Source: a virus
Lineage: Duplodnaviria; Heunggongvirae; Uroviricota; Caudoviricetes
IMG/VR virus record: IMGVR_UViG_2541047444_000010
Length of the DNA: 9,698 nucleotides
Strand: one strand, 5' to 3'
Below the pieces are notes generated by a model that did not search any database, was not told the origin of the DNA, and saw only the letters and a list, made by a program, of their open reading frames with translations. A program made the translations under genes and the position numbers. Positions 1-8,448 of the stretch are shown one piece after another (the first letter of the stretch is position 1; every line of letters begins with the position of its first letter).

Positions 1-439
1 CCACGTTAGTGACTTTCACCGTGCGGGTGATCACTTCTTTCGCCGTCACGGCCTTACCGATACTGCTGACCCAGCCACGGAACACATCCACCGTGCCATT
101 TGGGAAACGGATTTTATAGGCCCGCACATCCCCGCTTTCAAACCAGCCTATAAGCCCTTTCTGACCTTCTTCTCCCGGTTTCCAGGCCAGCGTAAAACTG
201 GTATCTCCTGCAGACTTCTGCCCCTGCCCGGTCGCGGTCCAGTCCGCGTCTTCATCATCCAGGTAGTTATCATCGTAGGGTTCTGCCGTCATCTCGCCCG
301 GCGTCAGATCCTTCACCTTAGCCAGTCGCTGCCAGTCATCGTCTGACAACGGGTTTGCATAAGCATCACCCTTGCCGTTGTAAACCCACAGAGTGGTACC
401 GGCACCTTTTACCGGCTCAAGGGGATTTGGTGTTGCCAT
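1..439 (-). CDS. V: Major tail protein V (partial; N-terminal 146 aa, 3' end runs off window start)
   Basis: Minus-strand ORF with ATG at 439..437 and a GAGGA Shine-Dalgarno about 5 nt upstream. Translation [57 protein letters not shown]...[27 protein letters not shown] is near-identical, by recall, to the N-terminus of lambda gpV. No stop before position 1. Confidence 0.9.
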   Translation of the reverse strand, partial: MATPNPLEPVKGAGTTLWVYNGKGDAYANPLSDDDWQRLAKVKDLTPGEMTAEPYDDNYLDDEDADWTATGQGQKSAGDTSFTLAWKPGEEGQKGLIGWFESGDVRAYKIRFPNGTVDVFRGWVSSIGKAVTAKEVITRTVKVTNV

Positions 440-446
440 ATCGTCC

Positions 447-845
447 TCACATCTCGTAGGTAATTTTCCACAGGAGATCTGCCGATCCCCACATCATAAA
501 CTCATCATCCCGGCGGTAGTCATACCCCTGAAGATTCATCTTCAGCAGTAATGCACTGAGCCCGGGAACTGCCTCCAGCGCAGGAAGAATTTTTTCTTCC
601 ATCCACATATCCAGTGCCGAGTCCGGTTCTTTTGCCCTGAGAAAAACCTCAATATGCAGTGTCGCCTCCCAGGTTCCCTCATCAACGAACTCGTCAGCAG
701 CAGACGCATCTGTCAGGTAAACAGCAACAGCAGGCAGTTCCTGTTCATCAATAAAAACCGGGCGACCGTCAAACCAGCTCACCCTCTCAGAAATATTTTC
801 TTTCAGGGCAGACAGAACTGCCGCCCGTATTTCACGGTGTTTCAT
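447..845 (-). CDS. U: Tail terminator protein U
   Basis: 132-aa ORF with ATG at 845 and a GGGAGGG SD 4-5 nt upstream. Sequence [11 protein letters not shown]...GYDYRRDD...ITYEM matches recalled lambda gpU (131 aa) in length, termini and internal motifs. Sits between Z and V as in lambda. Confidence 0.9.
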   Translation of the reverse strand: MKHREIRAAVLSALKENISERVSWFDGRPVFIDEQELPAVAVYLTDASAADEFVDEGTWEATLHIEVFLRAKEPDSALDMWMEEKILPALEAVPGLSALLLKMNLQGYDYRRDDEFMMWGSADLLWKITYEM

Positions 846-857
846 ACACCCTCCCAG

Positions 858-1487
858 TCATTTTCTTTTCAGCACCAGGCGTAACTGATGCGTCATGGCT
901 TTCATCATCTGCGCCGGTAATTTTTCCCGGTACATCCGGTCCCGTTCACGTTCAAAGGTTTCTGCCAGCGGTCCGGCAGTCGTAATCTTCACCACTTCGA
1001 TCGGCAGACGGTGGCGTTTCGGCCTCCCTTTGCTGTCCGCGCCGGTGGATGATGATGCCCACGGCATACGCTGCATCACATGCCAGCGTCCGTTAGCCAG
1101 CCGGGTGATAAAGGCGTCCGGGATCCGTCTTTTCCCCACAATCAGCACACTGCCGCCCCCTTTCAGGGCCGCACGCTGTCCTTTCTTTCTCCGTTTTCTG
1201 CGGGAAAGTCGAACGCGGGCCTCCCCCAGTTTGATGGCGGGCAGGTTGCCGGTATTGATGTAAACCTTTGCGTAAACCTTATCCGGTCGTGCCGGACTTA
1301 ACCGGATGCGGGCACGGATAAGACGACGGGGAACGGCCAGCTCCCTGGCAACTGAAGAGGCCGTTTTCGCAATAATGGCCCCCGCCACTCGGTTCAGTGT
1401 CGTGGCAGAGGCCCGGGGAACGGCACGGCGATCAATTGCATCCAGATTTTTCATGGCCTGCGCCAGACCTTTTATTGCCATACTCAT
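858..1487 (-). CDS. Z: Tail completion protein Z
   Basis: 209-aa ORF. MAIKGL..., the basic stretch RLSRRKRRKKGQRAALKGGGSVLIVGKRRIP, NGRWHVMQR and the C-terminal HQLRLVLKR match recalled lambda gpZ. The start at 1487 overlaps the upstream stop as ATGA; an alternative ATG lies at 1481. Confidence 0.87.
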   Translation of the reverse strand: MSMAIKGLAQAMKNLDAIDRRAVPRASATTLNRVAGAIIAKTASSVARELAVPRRLIRARIRLSPARPDKVYAKVYINTGNLPAIKLGEARVRLSRRKRRKKGQRAALKGGGSVLIVGKRRIPDAFITRLANGRWHVMQRMPWASSSTGADSKGRPKRHRLPIEVVKITTAGPLAETFERERDRMYREKLPAQMMKAMTHQLRLVLKRK

Positions 1488-1765
1488 TCCTGTTCGACAA
1501 AAATCCGGGGTTTACCGTTGTACGTGTCATAACGGGTCACCGTCAGTGTGCGCCCCGCAAACACAACAACATCATGACGGGCCGGACGGTACCGGGCTGA
1601 AAACACCACCAGTGACAACTGGCTGCCCGAAAGCGCCCCCATCTCCGCGGACTCTTCCTCCGGCATCACGTCGTACACGACGCCGTTAATCTCCGCCTGT
1701 TTGCCCATCACCCGAACGGTCGCCACGTCCATCCGGCAACACATTCGCGTAAACAGATCAGACAT
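1484..1765 (-). CDS. Head-tail joining/connector protein (FII-like), putative
   Basis: 93-aa ORF in the lambda FII position, immediately upstream of Z with an ATGA overlap. Weak recalled resemblance to gpFII (GVxxDxxE...LxVxxxxxxxxRxDxxTxxG pattern). The family assignment is tentative. Confidence 0.5.
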   Translation of the reverse strand: MSDLFTRMCCRMDVATVRVMGKQAEINGVVYDVMPEEESAEMGALSGSQLSLVVFSARYRPARHDVVVFAGRTLTVTRYDTYNGKPRIFVEQE

Positions 1766-2084
1766 TGATTTTTACCGCCACAGTGGCGCTGTTTGCAGGG
1801 GCATTTTCCCAGGCTACCCCCGCTGCCACCGCACCGTCTGCAGCCAGCTGCACAACCCCGTCCTTCAGATAAACCACCGCGCCGGACTGAATGTCGTCAG
1901 CAGACTGTTTGGGCAGCAGGAACACGCCTTCGGCAAAACCGTCACCGGCCTCACCGGCAGGAATATCGGTAATGGCCACGGCCACCATACTGCCGACCAC
2001 CACCGCAGCACCGCTCAGGATGGTCTGATCTCCGGCATTCACCAGTTCAATGGTGGTACCGTCCTGTACAAAATTTTTCGCCAT
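1758..2084 (-). CDS. DUF2190-like small head-associated protein (putative decoration/cement or unknown function)
   Basis: 108-aa ORF with ATG at 2084 and a GGAGAAA SD about 7 nt upstream. Gly/Ala/Val-rich, starting MAKNFVQDGTTIEL, which resembles the MAKNY(V/I)Q N-terminus I recall for DUF2190 proteins that commonly follow major capsid genes. Overlaps the next gene by 8 nt. Confidence 0.55.
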   Translation of the reverse strand: MAKNFVQDGTTIELVNAGDQTILSGAAVVVGSMVAVAITDIPAGEAGDGFAEGVFLLPKQSADDIQSGAVVYLKDGVVQLAADGAVAAGVAWENAPANSATVAVKINV

Positions 2085-2100
2085 AATGCTGTTTCTCCGG

Positions 2101-2123
2101 ACAGCCCCTGTGGGGCTGTTTTT
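2101..2123 (+). terminator. Stem-loop with T-run in plus orientation (ACAGCCCC-tgt-GGGGCTGT-TTTT); possible terminator for antisense transcription or 5' stabilising hairpin for the downstream minus-strand mRNA
   Basis: Perfect 8-bp inverted repeat at 2101-2108 and 2112-2119 with a 3-nt loop, followed by T-run up to 2123 on the plus strand. It lies in the 87-bp gap between the capsid gene and the DUF2190-like gene. Confidence 0.3.
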
Positions 2124-2130
2124 CAGGCAT

Positions 2131-2149
2131 AAAAAAAGCCCTTTCGGGC
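2131..2149 (-). terminator. Weak intrinsic terminator/attenuator hairpin downstream of capsid gene (GCCC-GAAA-GGGC followed by U7 on the minus strand)
   Basis: Plus strand 2131-2149 is aaaaaaa gccc tttc gggc. On the minus strand this reads GCCCGAAAGGGC followed by TTTTTTT, 22 nt after the capsid ORF stop (2172-2174). The stem is only 4 bp, so it is probably a partial terminator. Confidence 0.3.
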
Positions 2150-2171
2150 AGTGATTGTGATAACGCGGTTA

Positions 2172-4151
2172 TCAGGCCACCGACGAACGCACCAGCCCGC
2201 GCCAGTCAAGTGGTGCCACTCCGGCATCAATACGGATTTTTGTGGCAATGCCGTCAGTGGTGAAACCTTCCTGCTGATCAATGTATGGCGTGTCCACACC
2301 ATCCAGCCAGGCCACTTCAATGGTGTCAGTGCCCTGTGCCGCCGCCAGATACCAGGTTTTCGGGTCTGCCGCATCAAGACGCGCTTCTGCAATCACCTCA
2401 GCAAAGTTCTGGATAGGGTTAATGACACCGGCGTTTGCATCCGCCCCTTTCACACTGGCCGATTTGATGGTCTGGTTCGCCACCGTCTCCAGTGCCACCG
2501 GTACCAGCATAAAGGCCGGACGGATATTCAGGGCACGATCGCCTTCTTTCTGCAGGCGCATCATCTGACGGGCCGCATCCAGTCCGGAAACGGAGATCCC
2601 CCCGGTGGCAATATTTTTGTGATCGGCATGGAACAGCGCCTTACCGTCGGACAGTTTCGGGTTATCCGTCAGCACCTTGTAGACCAGGTCACCAATCGTT
2701 GCCTTCGCCGCACGCCCCATCTTCATCGGCACGTCCACCAGCATATTCAGATCATCATTGATAATGGCCTGGCGGGTGATGGAGAAAATCTCCCCGTAAG
2801 TGGCCAGTGCAATGGTCTCCTTGCGATCTGAGGTGGTGATGTATTTATACTCCGCCCCCTCACGAACCTGGCGCAGAGAACCAAAACCGCCCATCCCCAC
2901 GCGATACGCTGTTTTGAAGTCTGACAGGCGTCCCTTACGGGTCCACTTCTGGAAGGTTTCTTCTGATTCCTCCCAGCCCTGGATCAGCCCCTTGTTCGAC
3001 ACATCCAGCAGAATATTGCCAAAATCAGAGGTGCTGTGCGTCAGCGCCAGCCCGACCATCTGCATGGGGTTATAACTGGCCACCCCAATACCGCGCTCCG
3101 TCAGTGACATGCGAGCCCATTCACGCAGGGTCATCCCGTTATAGGCGTTATCCTTCTCGACATTTTCAAATCCGGCACGGGCCAGCATCGCCTGGCGGAT
3201 CCCGTCCCCCACAAAATTGCCGTTTCCGGCATAAATATGGGCCGGTGTATTTTTGTTGGTCGGCGAGGACTCCTTGCCCATTTCATTCAGCAGACGTTCA
3301 CGGGCCATTTCCAGCGAACAGTCAGGATCAGCCACGCACTGTGCCTGAAGCGTCTGATAGCGACCGCCGAACATGGCAAACAGATGGTTAATGCCTGACA
3401 TGCGGGCTTTCTGCTCAGCCATAACGCGGGCGCGAATGGTCGCCTCATCAGACACTGCCGGTACCGGTGATGGTTCTGTTACCGCCGGTGCAGGGATTGT
3501 CACTGTGGTATCACGCGGGGCACTGTTGCGTGGCGGAGTAATCATGTTTCGGATGGATTCCGGCATCTTTTTAAATTCCTCTGTACGTTTTGACTGAATA
3601 CATGCCATTGCCTCAACAGCGGGTGTCACCTGGTCAGCAAATCCGTGTGCCAGACATTCGGCACCGGACATCCAGGTTTCATCCGCCAGCATGGCGGCAA
3701 TTTCATCGGTGGTTTTTCCGGTTTTCTGCGCATAGGCTGGCAACAGTACCGATTCGACTTTATCCAGCAAATCGGCATAACTGCGCATATCCTCAGCATC
3801 CCCGCCACTGAATCCCCATGGCTTATGGATCATCATGAAGGCATTTTCCGGCATAATGACCGTATCACCGGCCATCGCAATCACAGATGCCATCGAGGCG
3901 GCAACGCCATCCACATACACGGTAATGGTCGCCCCCTGATTTTTCAGGGCATTAAAAATGGCGATGCCTTCAAAGACATCGCCACCCGGTGAATTGATAT
4001 GGAGATTAATGTGGGTGATATCACCCAGTGCATTCAGTTCGCTGACAAACTGCTTCGCGGTAACTCCCCAGAAACCAATCTCGTCATAAATATAAATATC
4101 CGCGTCACCCGGCCCCCCAGCTTGCATCCTGAACCAGGATTTATTCTTCAT
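2172..4151 (-). CDS. Prohead protease (ClpP-like, S14 family) fused to linker/scaffold-like region and major capsid protein (HK97 fold)
   Basis: Open frame of 723 codons from 4343, but the first 200 nt overlap the portal gene out of frame. Likely start is ATG 4151 (MKNKSWFRMQAGG...), 11 nt before the portal stop, or ATG 4127. N-terminal domain has ClpP-like motifs DIYIYDEIG, INSPGGDV, GVAASMASV (catalytic Ser context) and MMIHKPWG (catalytic His context). Then a Pro/Thr/Ala-rich linker, then about 370 aa with the look of an HK97-type major capsid protein ending ...IRIDAGVAPLDWRGLVRSSVA. Confidence 0.85.
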   Translation of the reverse strand: MKNKSWFRMQAGGPGDADIYIYDEIGFWGVTAKQFVSELNALGDITHINLHINSPGGDVFEGIAIFNALKNQGATITVYVDGVAASMASVIAMAGDTVIMPENAFMMIHKPWGFSGGDAEDMRSYADLLDKVESVLLPAYAQKTGKTTDEIAAMLADETWMSGAECLAHGFADQVTPAVEAMACIQSKRTEEFKKMPESIRNMITPPRNSAPRDTTVTIPAPAVTEPSPVPAVSDEATIRARVMAEQKARMSGINHLFAMFGGRYQTLQAQCVADPDCSLEMARERLLNEMGKESSPTNKNTPAHIYAGNGNFVGDGIRQAMLARAGFENVEKDNAYNGMTLREWARMSLTERGIGVASYNPMQMVGLALTHSTSDFGNILLDVSNKGLIQGWEESEETFQKWTRKGRLSDFKTAYRVGMGGFGSLRQVREGAEYKYITTSDRKETIALATYGEIFSITRQAIINDDLNMLVDVPMKMGRAAKATIGDLVYKVLTDNPKLSDGKALFHADHKNIATGGISVSGLDAARQMMRLQKEGDRALNIRPAFMLVPVALETVANQTIKSASVKGADANAGVINPIQNFAEVIAEARLDAADPKTWYLAAAQGTDTIEVAWLDGVDTPYIDQQEGFTTDGIATKIRIDAGVAPLDWRGLVRSSVA

Positions 4152-5643
4152 GCTGGCTTTCGGTGTCGCGCTGATACTGTCGTTCAGTTCCGGCACTGTT
4201 GCCTCCTTTGTCGTTGACGGGGTCAGTATCAAAGACCAGCCCCAGTCTGCTGTTTTCATCAATTTCAGCCTTGCGGCGACGTTTGACCTCATCCGGATTG
4301 CGCCCACCGGCACGCACCCAGTCAGATTCTGTCGCTGCACCACCCCGGATCTGAATTCTCCAGGCTTCAGCTTCCTTAACCGGGTCGATCCACGGCATCA
4401 CCGGACCGGAATACGTCGCGTTATATAGCGTTTTCATCTCCACATCCGCCGGAATTTTCAGCAGACCTGCCGCAACCACCATATTCAGCCATGTCCGGTA
4501 CACCGGGCGGGTTACCGCGCCAATAAAACAGTCCTGCAGGATCAGGTAACCATCCGTGGACTCGACCAGCTCCTGCCGCTGGGCGCTGTAGGTGCCGTTA
4601 TAGTTACGCGCCGCACTGGAAAAACTCAGACGACTGCCTGCTGCCACTGCACGCAACTGGCCGTTGCGGAAAGTTTCAAGGTTGGGATTGGGACGGTCAG
4701 ATTTGACCATGCCGATATCCTCGCCCTTGCGCAAATCGTCATAAATAATACCCGGGGTGATATGGACTTCCCGCTCGGTCTCTTTGATCCCCGGATCTTC
4801 ATAGTCCTGTCCGTCACCTTTACGGATATACAGTCCCAGCGCCGCAGCAATACGCGCCGCTGTCAGTTCCGCATCCTCATACTCCTTAAGGGCACTGATC
4901 CGCATCAGCACCCCCGATAACATGGATGAGCCTCGCGTCTGATGCAGACGACGAGTGAACTTCAGGTGGATCATTTTTCCGGCAGCGATTTCTTTCGTAT
5001 CACTCTGCCGGCCGCTGACCGGATAATTTTTATAAACCAGATATTTTTTCGGTCTTCCCCACTCATCAAGAAAAACCCCCTGATTCAGTCCGGCGGATTC
5101 ATCAGTGCGCATGGGAACAAAATCCGGCTCCATCGCCTCAAGCCAGAATGGCACTCCCGCCGTCCGTTCCAGACCGTTTCCCGCACCACTGACCATCTGC
5201 GCAAACACTTCACCATCCCGCAGCCAGGTCCGCAGCAGTAAACGTTCAAGCACAGGACGGGTATACTGCCCTGTCACATCCGGACTCACGGACCATTCAG
5301 CCCACAAACGGCGGATATCCGCAGCCAGCTCAGCCGCCATTTCCCCGTTTTTTCGTAATGGCTGAGGCTCCACAATAATTCCCCTGGCACCAATCACCCG
5401 CTCTTCCAGCTTGTCAAACACACCAATCACCAGGTCATGATTGATATCCAGAAAACGGGCCTGCTCCCGCAGGGAAACCGCACCGTATTTACTGAGCTGA
5501 TCAGCAGAGCGATTTTCCCGCCGGGCTTTATGTGTCCGGGTCGGTTTCACCGCCTCATAGGCCATGATTAACGCCCTTGAACGCAGTCTGGCTGCTTTCC
5601 ACCCGGGGGAAAACACGCCGATCACATCATCAATAATTGCCAT
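4141..5643 (-). CDS. Portal protein (lambda gpB-like family)
   Basis: 500-aa ORF directly downstream of the gpW-like gene, with a one-base TAATG stop/start overlap at 5641-5645. Position and size fit a portal. The segment SFSSAARNYNGTYSAQRQELVESTDGYL resembles the recalled lambda gpB region LSRNYAQMSYSTARAS; the rest is divergent. Confidence 0.82.
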   Translation of the reverse strand: MAIIDDVIGVFSPGWKAARLRSRALIMAYEAVKPTRTHKARRENRSADQLSKYGAVSLREQARFLDINHDLVIGVFDKLEERVIGARGIIVEPQPLRKNGEMAAELAADIRRLWAEWSVSPDVTGQYTRPVLERLLLRTWLRDGEVFAQMVSGAGNGLERTAGVPFWLEAMEPDFVPMRTDESAGLNQGVFLDEWGRPKKYLVYKNYPVSGRQSDTKEIAAGKMIHLKFTRRLHQTRGSSMLSGVLMRISALKEYEDAELTAARIAAALGLYIRKGDGQDYEDPGIKETEREVHITPGIIYDDLRKGEDIGMVKSDRPNPNLETFRNGQLRAVAAGSRLSFSSAARNYNGTYSAQRQELVESTDGYLILQDCFIGAVTRPVYRTWLNMVVAAGLLKIPADVEMKTLYNATYSGPVMPWIDPVKEAEAWRIQIRGGAATESDWVRAGGRNPDEVKRRRKAEIDENSRLGLVFDTDPVNDKGGNSAGTERQYQRDTESQHEE

Positions 5644-5879
5644 TAAAACCTCGCCAGTTTAAATCCCGGTTTTCCCCGCCTGCGGCTCACCATCGCGGCA
5701 AGCCTGCGTTCCCACTCCTGACGTCCGGCGCGGATCTGAGAAAGGCTTTCCAGCGTCAGTTGCTGCCCGTTGAAGATGACAGACTTTCCCTCCAGTACGG
5801 CCATTTCCGCTTCACGGTACCGCTGTATCATTTCTCTGGCTTCTTCTGTGCTCACAACCAGCCTCCTGATGTTATCCAT
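5643..5879 (-). CDS. W: Head completion / DNA-stabilisation protein, gpW-like
   Basis: 78-aa ORF between terminase large subunit and portal, as in lambda. C-terminal SRRRGKPGF resembles the recalled gpW C-terminus QRRRGPAGF. The start at 5879 (SD GGAAG about 7 nt upstream) overlaps the terminase 3' end by 28 nt; an alternative ATG at 5831 lies after the terminase stop. Confidence 0.7.
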   Translation of the reverse strand: MDNIRRLVVSTEEAREMIQRYREAEMAVLEGKSVIFNGQQLTLESLSQIRAGRQEWERRLAAMVSRRRGKPGFKLARF

Positions 5880-7975
5880 GGATTATCTTCCGCACGCTCC
5901 GTCCGCAGTTTTTTCTTCCGGCGACGGCGTTTTTCTGCCCCGGCCGTCAGTTCCGGGGATACCGTTTCACCAGAACGCTCCTGCGGGAAGACGAGCCACG
6001 TTTCCCGCTGTGCCCAGTCCGGTGCGGAGGGCCAGCGGATCTTTTCGTAACCATGCAGAACGGCAAGCGCATCCGCATAAACCAGCAGGTCAAACGCTTC
6101 GTTAGCGCCCCTGCCCGGTTTTCGCCATTTTCCGTCACTGCCGCGCTCTTCATAGGTCAGCTCATCGTAAAACCACCGCCCCAGCCAGTCGGGAAAGTGG
6201 ATATAGTTCGGCCCTGGTGTGTCACGCCACAGGGCATTATTTACACGATCCTTAAACGCATCCGTCTGAACCAGCCACAGCGCGACATCGCCACTGGCTC
6301 TGGCACGGCGGGCACTTCTGCCGGTATTATCCGGGAAGGTTCGGTTAATCAGCCTGTCACGGCGAAGTCCATCCCCCTTGAACAGAAACACCCTGTTGCC
6401 CAGTCCGTCACTCCGGCAACGACGCCAGAAACGATAGGCGTTATCTGTCACCCCGGCTTCCCCTCCCGTATCCACCGCCATGGCCATCAGACGCATGCGC
6501 ACATCCGGATCAGAAGCCAGCGGCCATGTTTTATGGAACACATCCGTCAGCAACAAATCCCAGTCCTCCGGATATGCCGCCGGATCAACCGGCAGACTTT
6601 CACCGTTGGGACTGCAGCGCAGTGAATGCCGGATGTTGTAGCGATCAACAATCCAGCGTTCCCCCTGCTCTCCGTATCCGGTGATCTGCACAACAAAACG
6701 GCGATTTTTACCGCCCTGTACGTCAACCGTTGCCTCAATAAAACGCACACCATCCGGCACAGATCGCCGGGGAAACGGCTCGGCACGCTGTTCAAGCAGT
6801 TCACTTTTACGCTGTTCCGTGGCTGAACGGGGCAGATAGGGTCGTCCGATATCGGTGTTCACCACCGCTTTCAGGGTCTCTTCACTGCCGGTTCGCTCAT
6901 ACTCTTCTTCTGCCGCCAGCAGTTTAAAAATCAGTTGTTCCCAGGTCTGAAACGCCGCAGCTGGCCCCTCCATCCAAAATGACGCAATCCGGGAGTTTCG
7001 TGGCGTTCCGGTGATACTGCCGTCCGCCGCCGCCCGTTCACCTTCACGAAGCCAGATCCCCTGGTTATTCAGTTCGCGTTTCTGCTCAGGGGCAATCAGC
7101 CCGCGACAATGCGGACACATCAGACGGGCAGCCTGACCGGCAGCCACAAAATCCGGGTTATTCCGGTATCCGGTCATGTTATCCATCACCGGCTGAAAAT
7201 ATTCCCCGCAGTGCGGACACGGCCAGTACCACCGGCGGCGGTCTCCCCGGTTATACAGTGACAGGATCCCCGTTGTTGGCGGTGCCTCATGTGCGCCACC
7301 ACAACGCCATTTGGTATCGGTGATATCCCGCCCCGGTGAACTCTCGACCAGGGTCATCCCCGAGGACATAAAGGTGGTGGTACGCTTTGAGGCCAGCGTG
7401 AAGGCATCCCCTTCCCCGTCCACATTTTCAGGGAAACGGTCATAATCCGTCAGCGCCACACGACGGTAATCCGAAGAGGAAAAGACGGTGATCGACGGCC
7501 AGCCAATCTTCAGGAAGGAGCCGTCAAGAAACATTTTATCGTGGACGTTGTTGTCATTACGGGAAGGACTGAGGCGCTTGCTGACCTCCGGACTGTGGCG
7601 AAACGTCCTGGAAAGACGCGTTCTGGAATGCTCACGCGCCTTCGTCTCAGTCATCTGCACCACCAGCATATCCGCCGGATCACAGATGATGCCGTACACA
7701 ATCCAGCCATCAATCAGCCCTTCGGTTTTCCCGGTTCGCGCAGGTCCCACAAACACCACCGCGTCATATTCACGGGCTGATAATGTATTAATGGGGTCAA
7801 TCATATAGGGCGTCAGCGATGACTCCCACGGACCGGAAGTATTGGCTCCCCGTGGAACCCGCATATAACGCCTGATGGCTTCCGCTACTGGTAACCGGCT
7901 GGGTGGGCGAAACAGCGAGGCCACTTCGCGCCAGATATCGGATGCGCGGCTATGGCTCTCGTTCACCTGATTCAC
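5852..7975 (-). CDS. A: Terminase large subunit (GpA family)
   Basis: 707-aa ORF. SLFRPP near the N-terminus, a P-loop-like VVFVGPARTGKTEG, and the zinc-ribbon-like WPCPHCGEYFQP paralleling lambda gpA ACPHCGEEQ. The start overlaps the Nu1-like stop as ATGA at 7972-7975. Confidence 0.92.
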   Translation of the reverse strand: MNQVNESHSRASDIWREVASLFRPPSRLPVAEAIRRYMRVPRGANTSGPWESSLTPYMIDPINTLSAREYDAVVFVGPARTGKTEGLIDGWIVYGIICDPADMLVVQMTETKAREHSRTRLSRTFRHSPEVSKRLSPSRNDNNVHDKMFLDGSFLKIGWPSITVFSSSDYRRVALTDYDRFPENVDGEGDAFTLASKRTTTFMSSGMTLVESSPGRDITDTKWRCGGAHEAPPTTGILSLYNRGDRRRWYWPCPHCGEYFQPVMDNMTGYRNNPDFVAAGQAARLMCPHCRGLIAPEQKRELNNQGIWLREGERAAADGSITGTPRNSRIASFWMEGPAAAFQTWEQLIFKLLAAEEEYERTGSEETLKAVVNTDIGRPYLPRSATEQRKSELLEQRAEPFPRRSVPDGVRFIEATVDVQGGKNRRFVVQITGYGEQGERWIVDRYNIRHSLRCSPNGESLPVDPAAYPEDWDLLLTDVFHKTWPLASDPDVRMRLMAMAVDTGGEAGVTDNAYRFWRRCRSDGLGNRVFLFKGDGLRRDRLINRTFPDNTGRSARRARASGDVALWLVQTDAFKDRVNNALWRDTPGPNYIHFPDWLGRWFYDELTYEERGSDGKWRKPGRGANEAFDLLVYADALAVLHGYEKIRWPSAPDWAQRETWLVFPQERSGETVSPELTAGAEKRRRRKKKLRTERAEDNPWITSGGWL

Positions 7976-8448
7976 ATATCGGCCTCATCACAACAGTCAA
8001 TGACTGCCTTTTCCAGTGTGTCGCGGATCTCATCAACCACAATCTGTACTTCATTCAGTTGTGATGCAGTCCACCCCCTGTCCCTCTCCAGCCGGTCAGG
8101 CCAGGTTTCCAGTACCTGAACTATCGCTTTCACCACGACAGAAAAGGACCGCCTGACATCACTGACTGGCACAAGCTGAACAGTTTCATGCTGAAATTTA
8201 AGACGCTCGCGCTCGGACTGATACCATGCCTTACGAGCGTGAGGATCCATATCCTCATCTTCGGAAGATGGTGGTTTTTCCAGCAACGAAGTTATCAAAT
8301 CCGTCAGGAGATACAGTTTTTTCTTTTCATTACTGCCTGGTGCAAGAGGAACATCCGCCATTCTGGCGGCAACAGTCTGCCGGTGCAGACCTGAAAGGGC
8401 TGCCAGTTGATTAATATTTAACTTCATATTTTTCAGCTCGCCGTCCAT
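7972..8448 (-). CDS. nu1: Terminase small subunit (Nu1-like, N-terminal HTH)
   Basis: 158-aa ORF with ATG at 8448 and a GGAGGG SD 6 nt upstream. The segment MKLNINQLAALSGLHRQTVAARMADVP is a helix-turn-helix resembling the recalled lambda Nu1 N-terminus MEVNKKQLADIFGASIRTIQNWQEQGMP. Lies about 190 bp downstream of the candidate cos site, as in lambda. An internal ATG at 8427 is a possible alternative start. Confidence 0.8.
   Translation of the reverse strand: MDGELKNMKLNINQLAALSGLHRQTVAARMADVPLAPGSNEKKKLYLLTDLITSLLEKPPSSEDEDMDPHARKAWYQSERERLKFQHETVQLVPVSDVRRSFSVVVKAIVQVLETWPDRLERDRGWTASQLNEVQIVVDEIRDTLEKAVIDCCDEADM

Noticed and set aside
2151-2831. Plus-strand ORFs of 60-226 aa overlapping the structural genes (for example 2151..2831, 2281..2568, 3645..3992, 5637..6050, 6053..6625, 7488..7808).
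   Set aside because: All lie antisense to long minus-strand genes with strong homology support. Their products are Arg/His/Cys-rich and low-complexity, and they lack convincing ribosome-binding sites. They are typical shadow ORFs of GC-rich coding DNA.
4152-4343. The 5' extension of the protease-capsid ORF (start at 4343 or 4259), which would overlap the portal gene by 120-200 nt.
   Set aside because: The extension precedes the conserved ClpP-like domain by more than 60 residues and overlaps the end of the portal gene in another frame. Starts at 4151 or 4127, next to the portal stop, are far more plausible.
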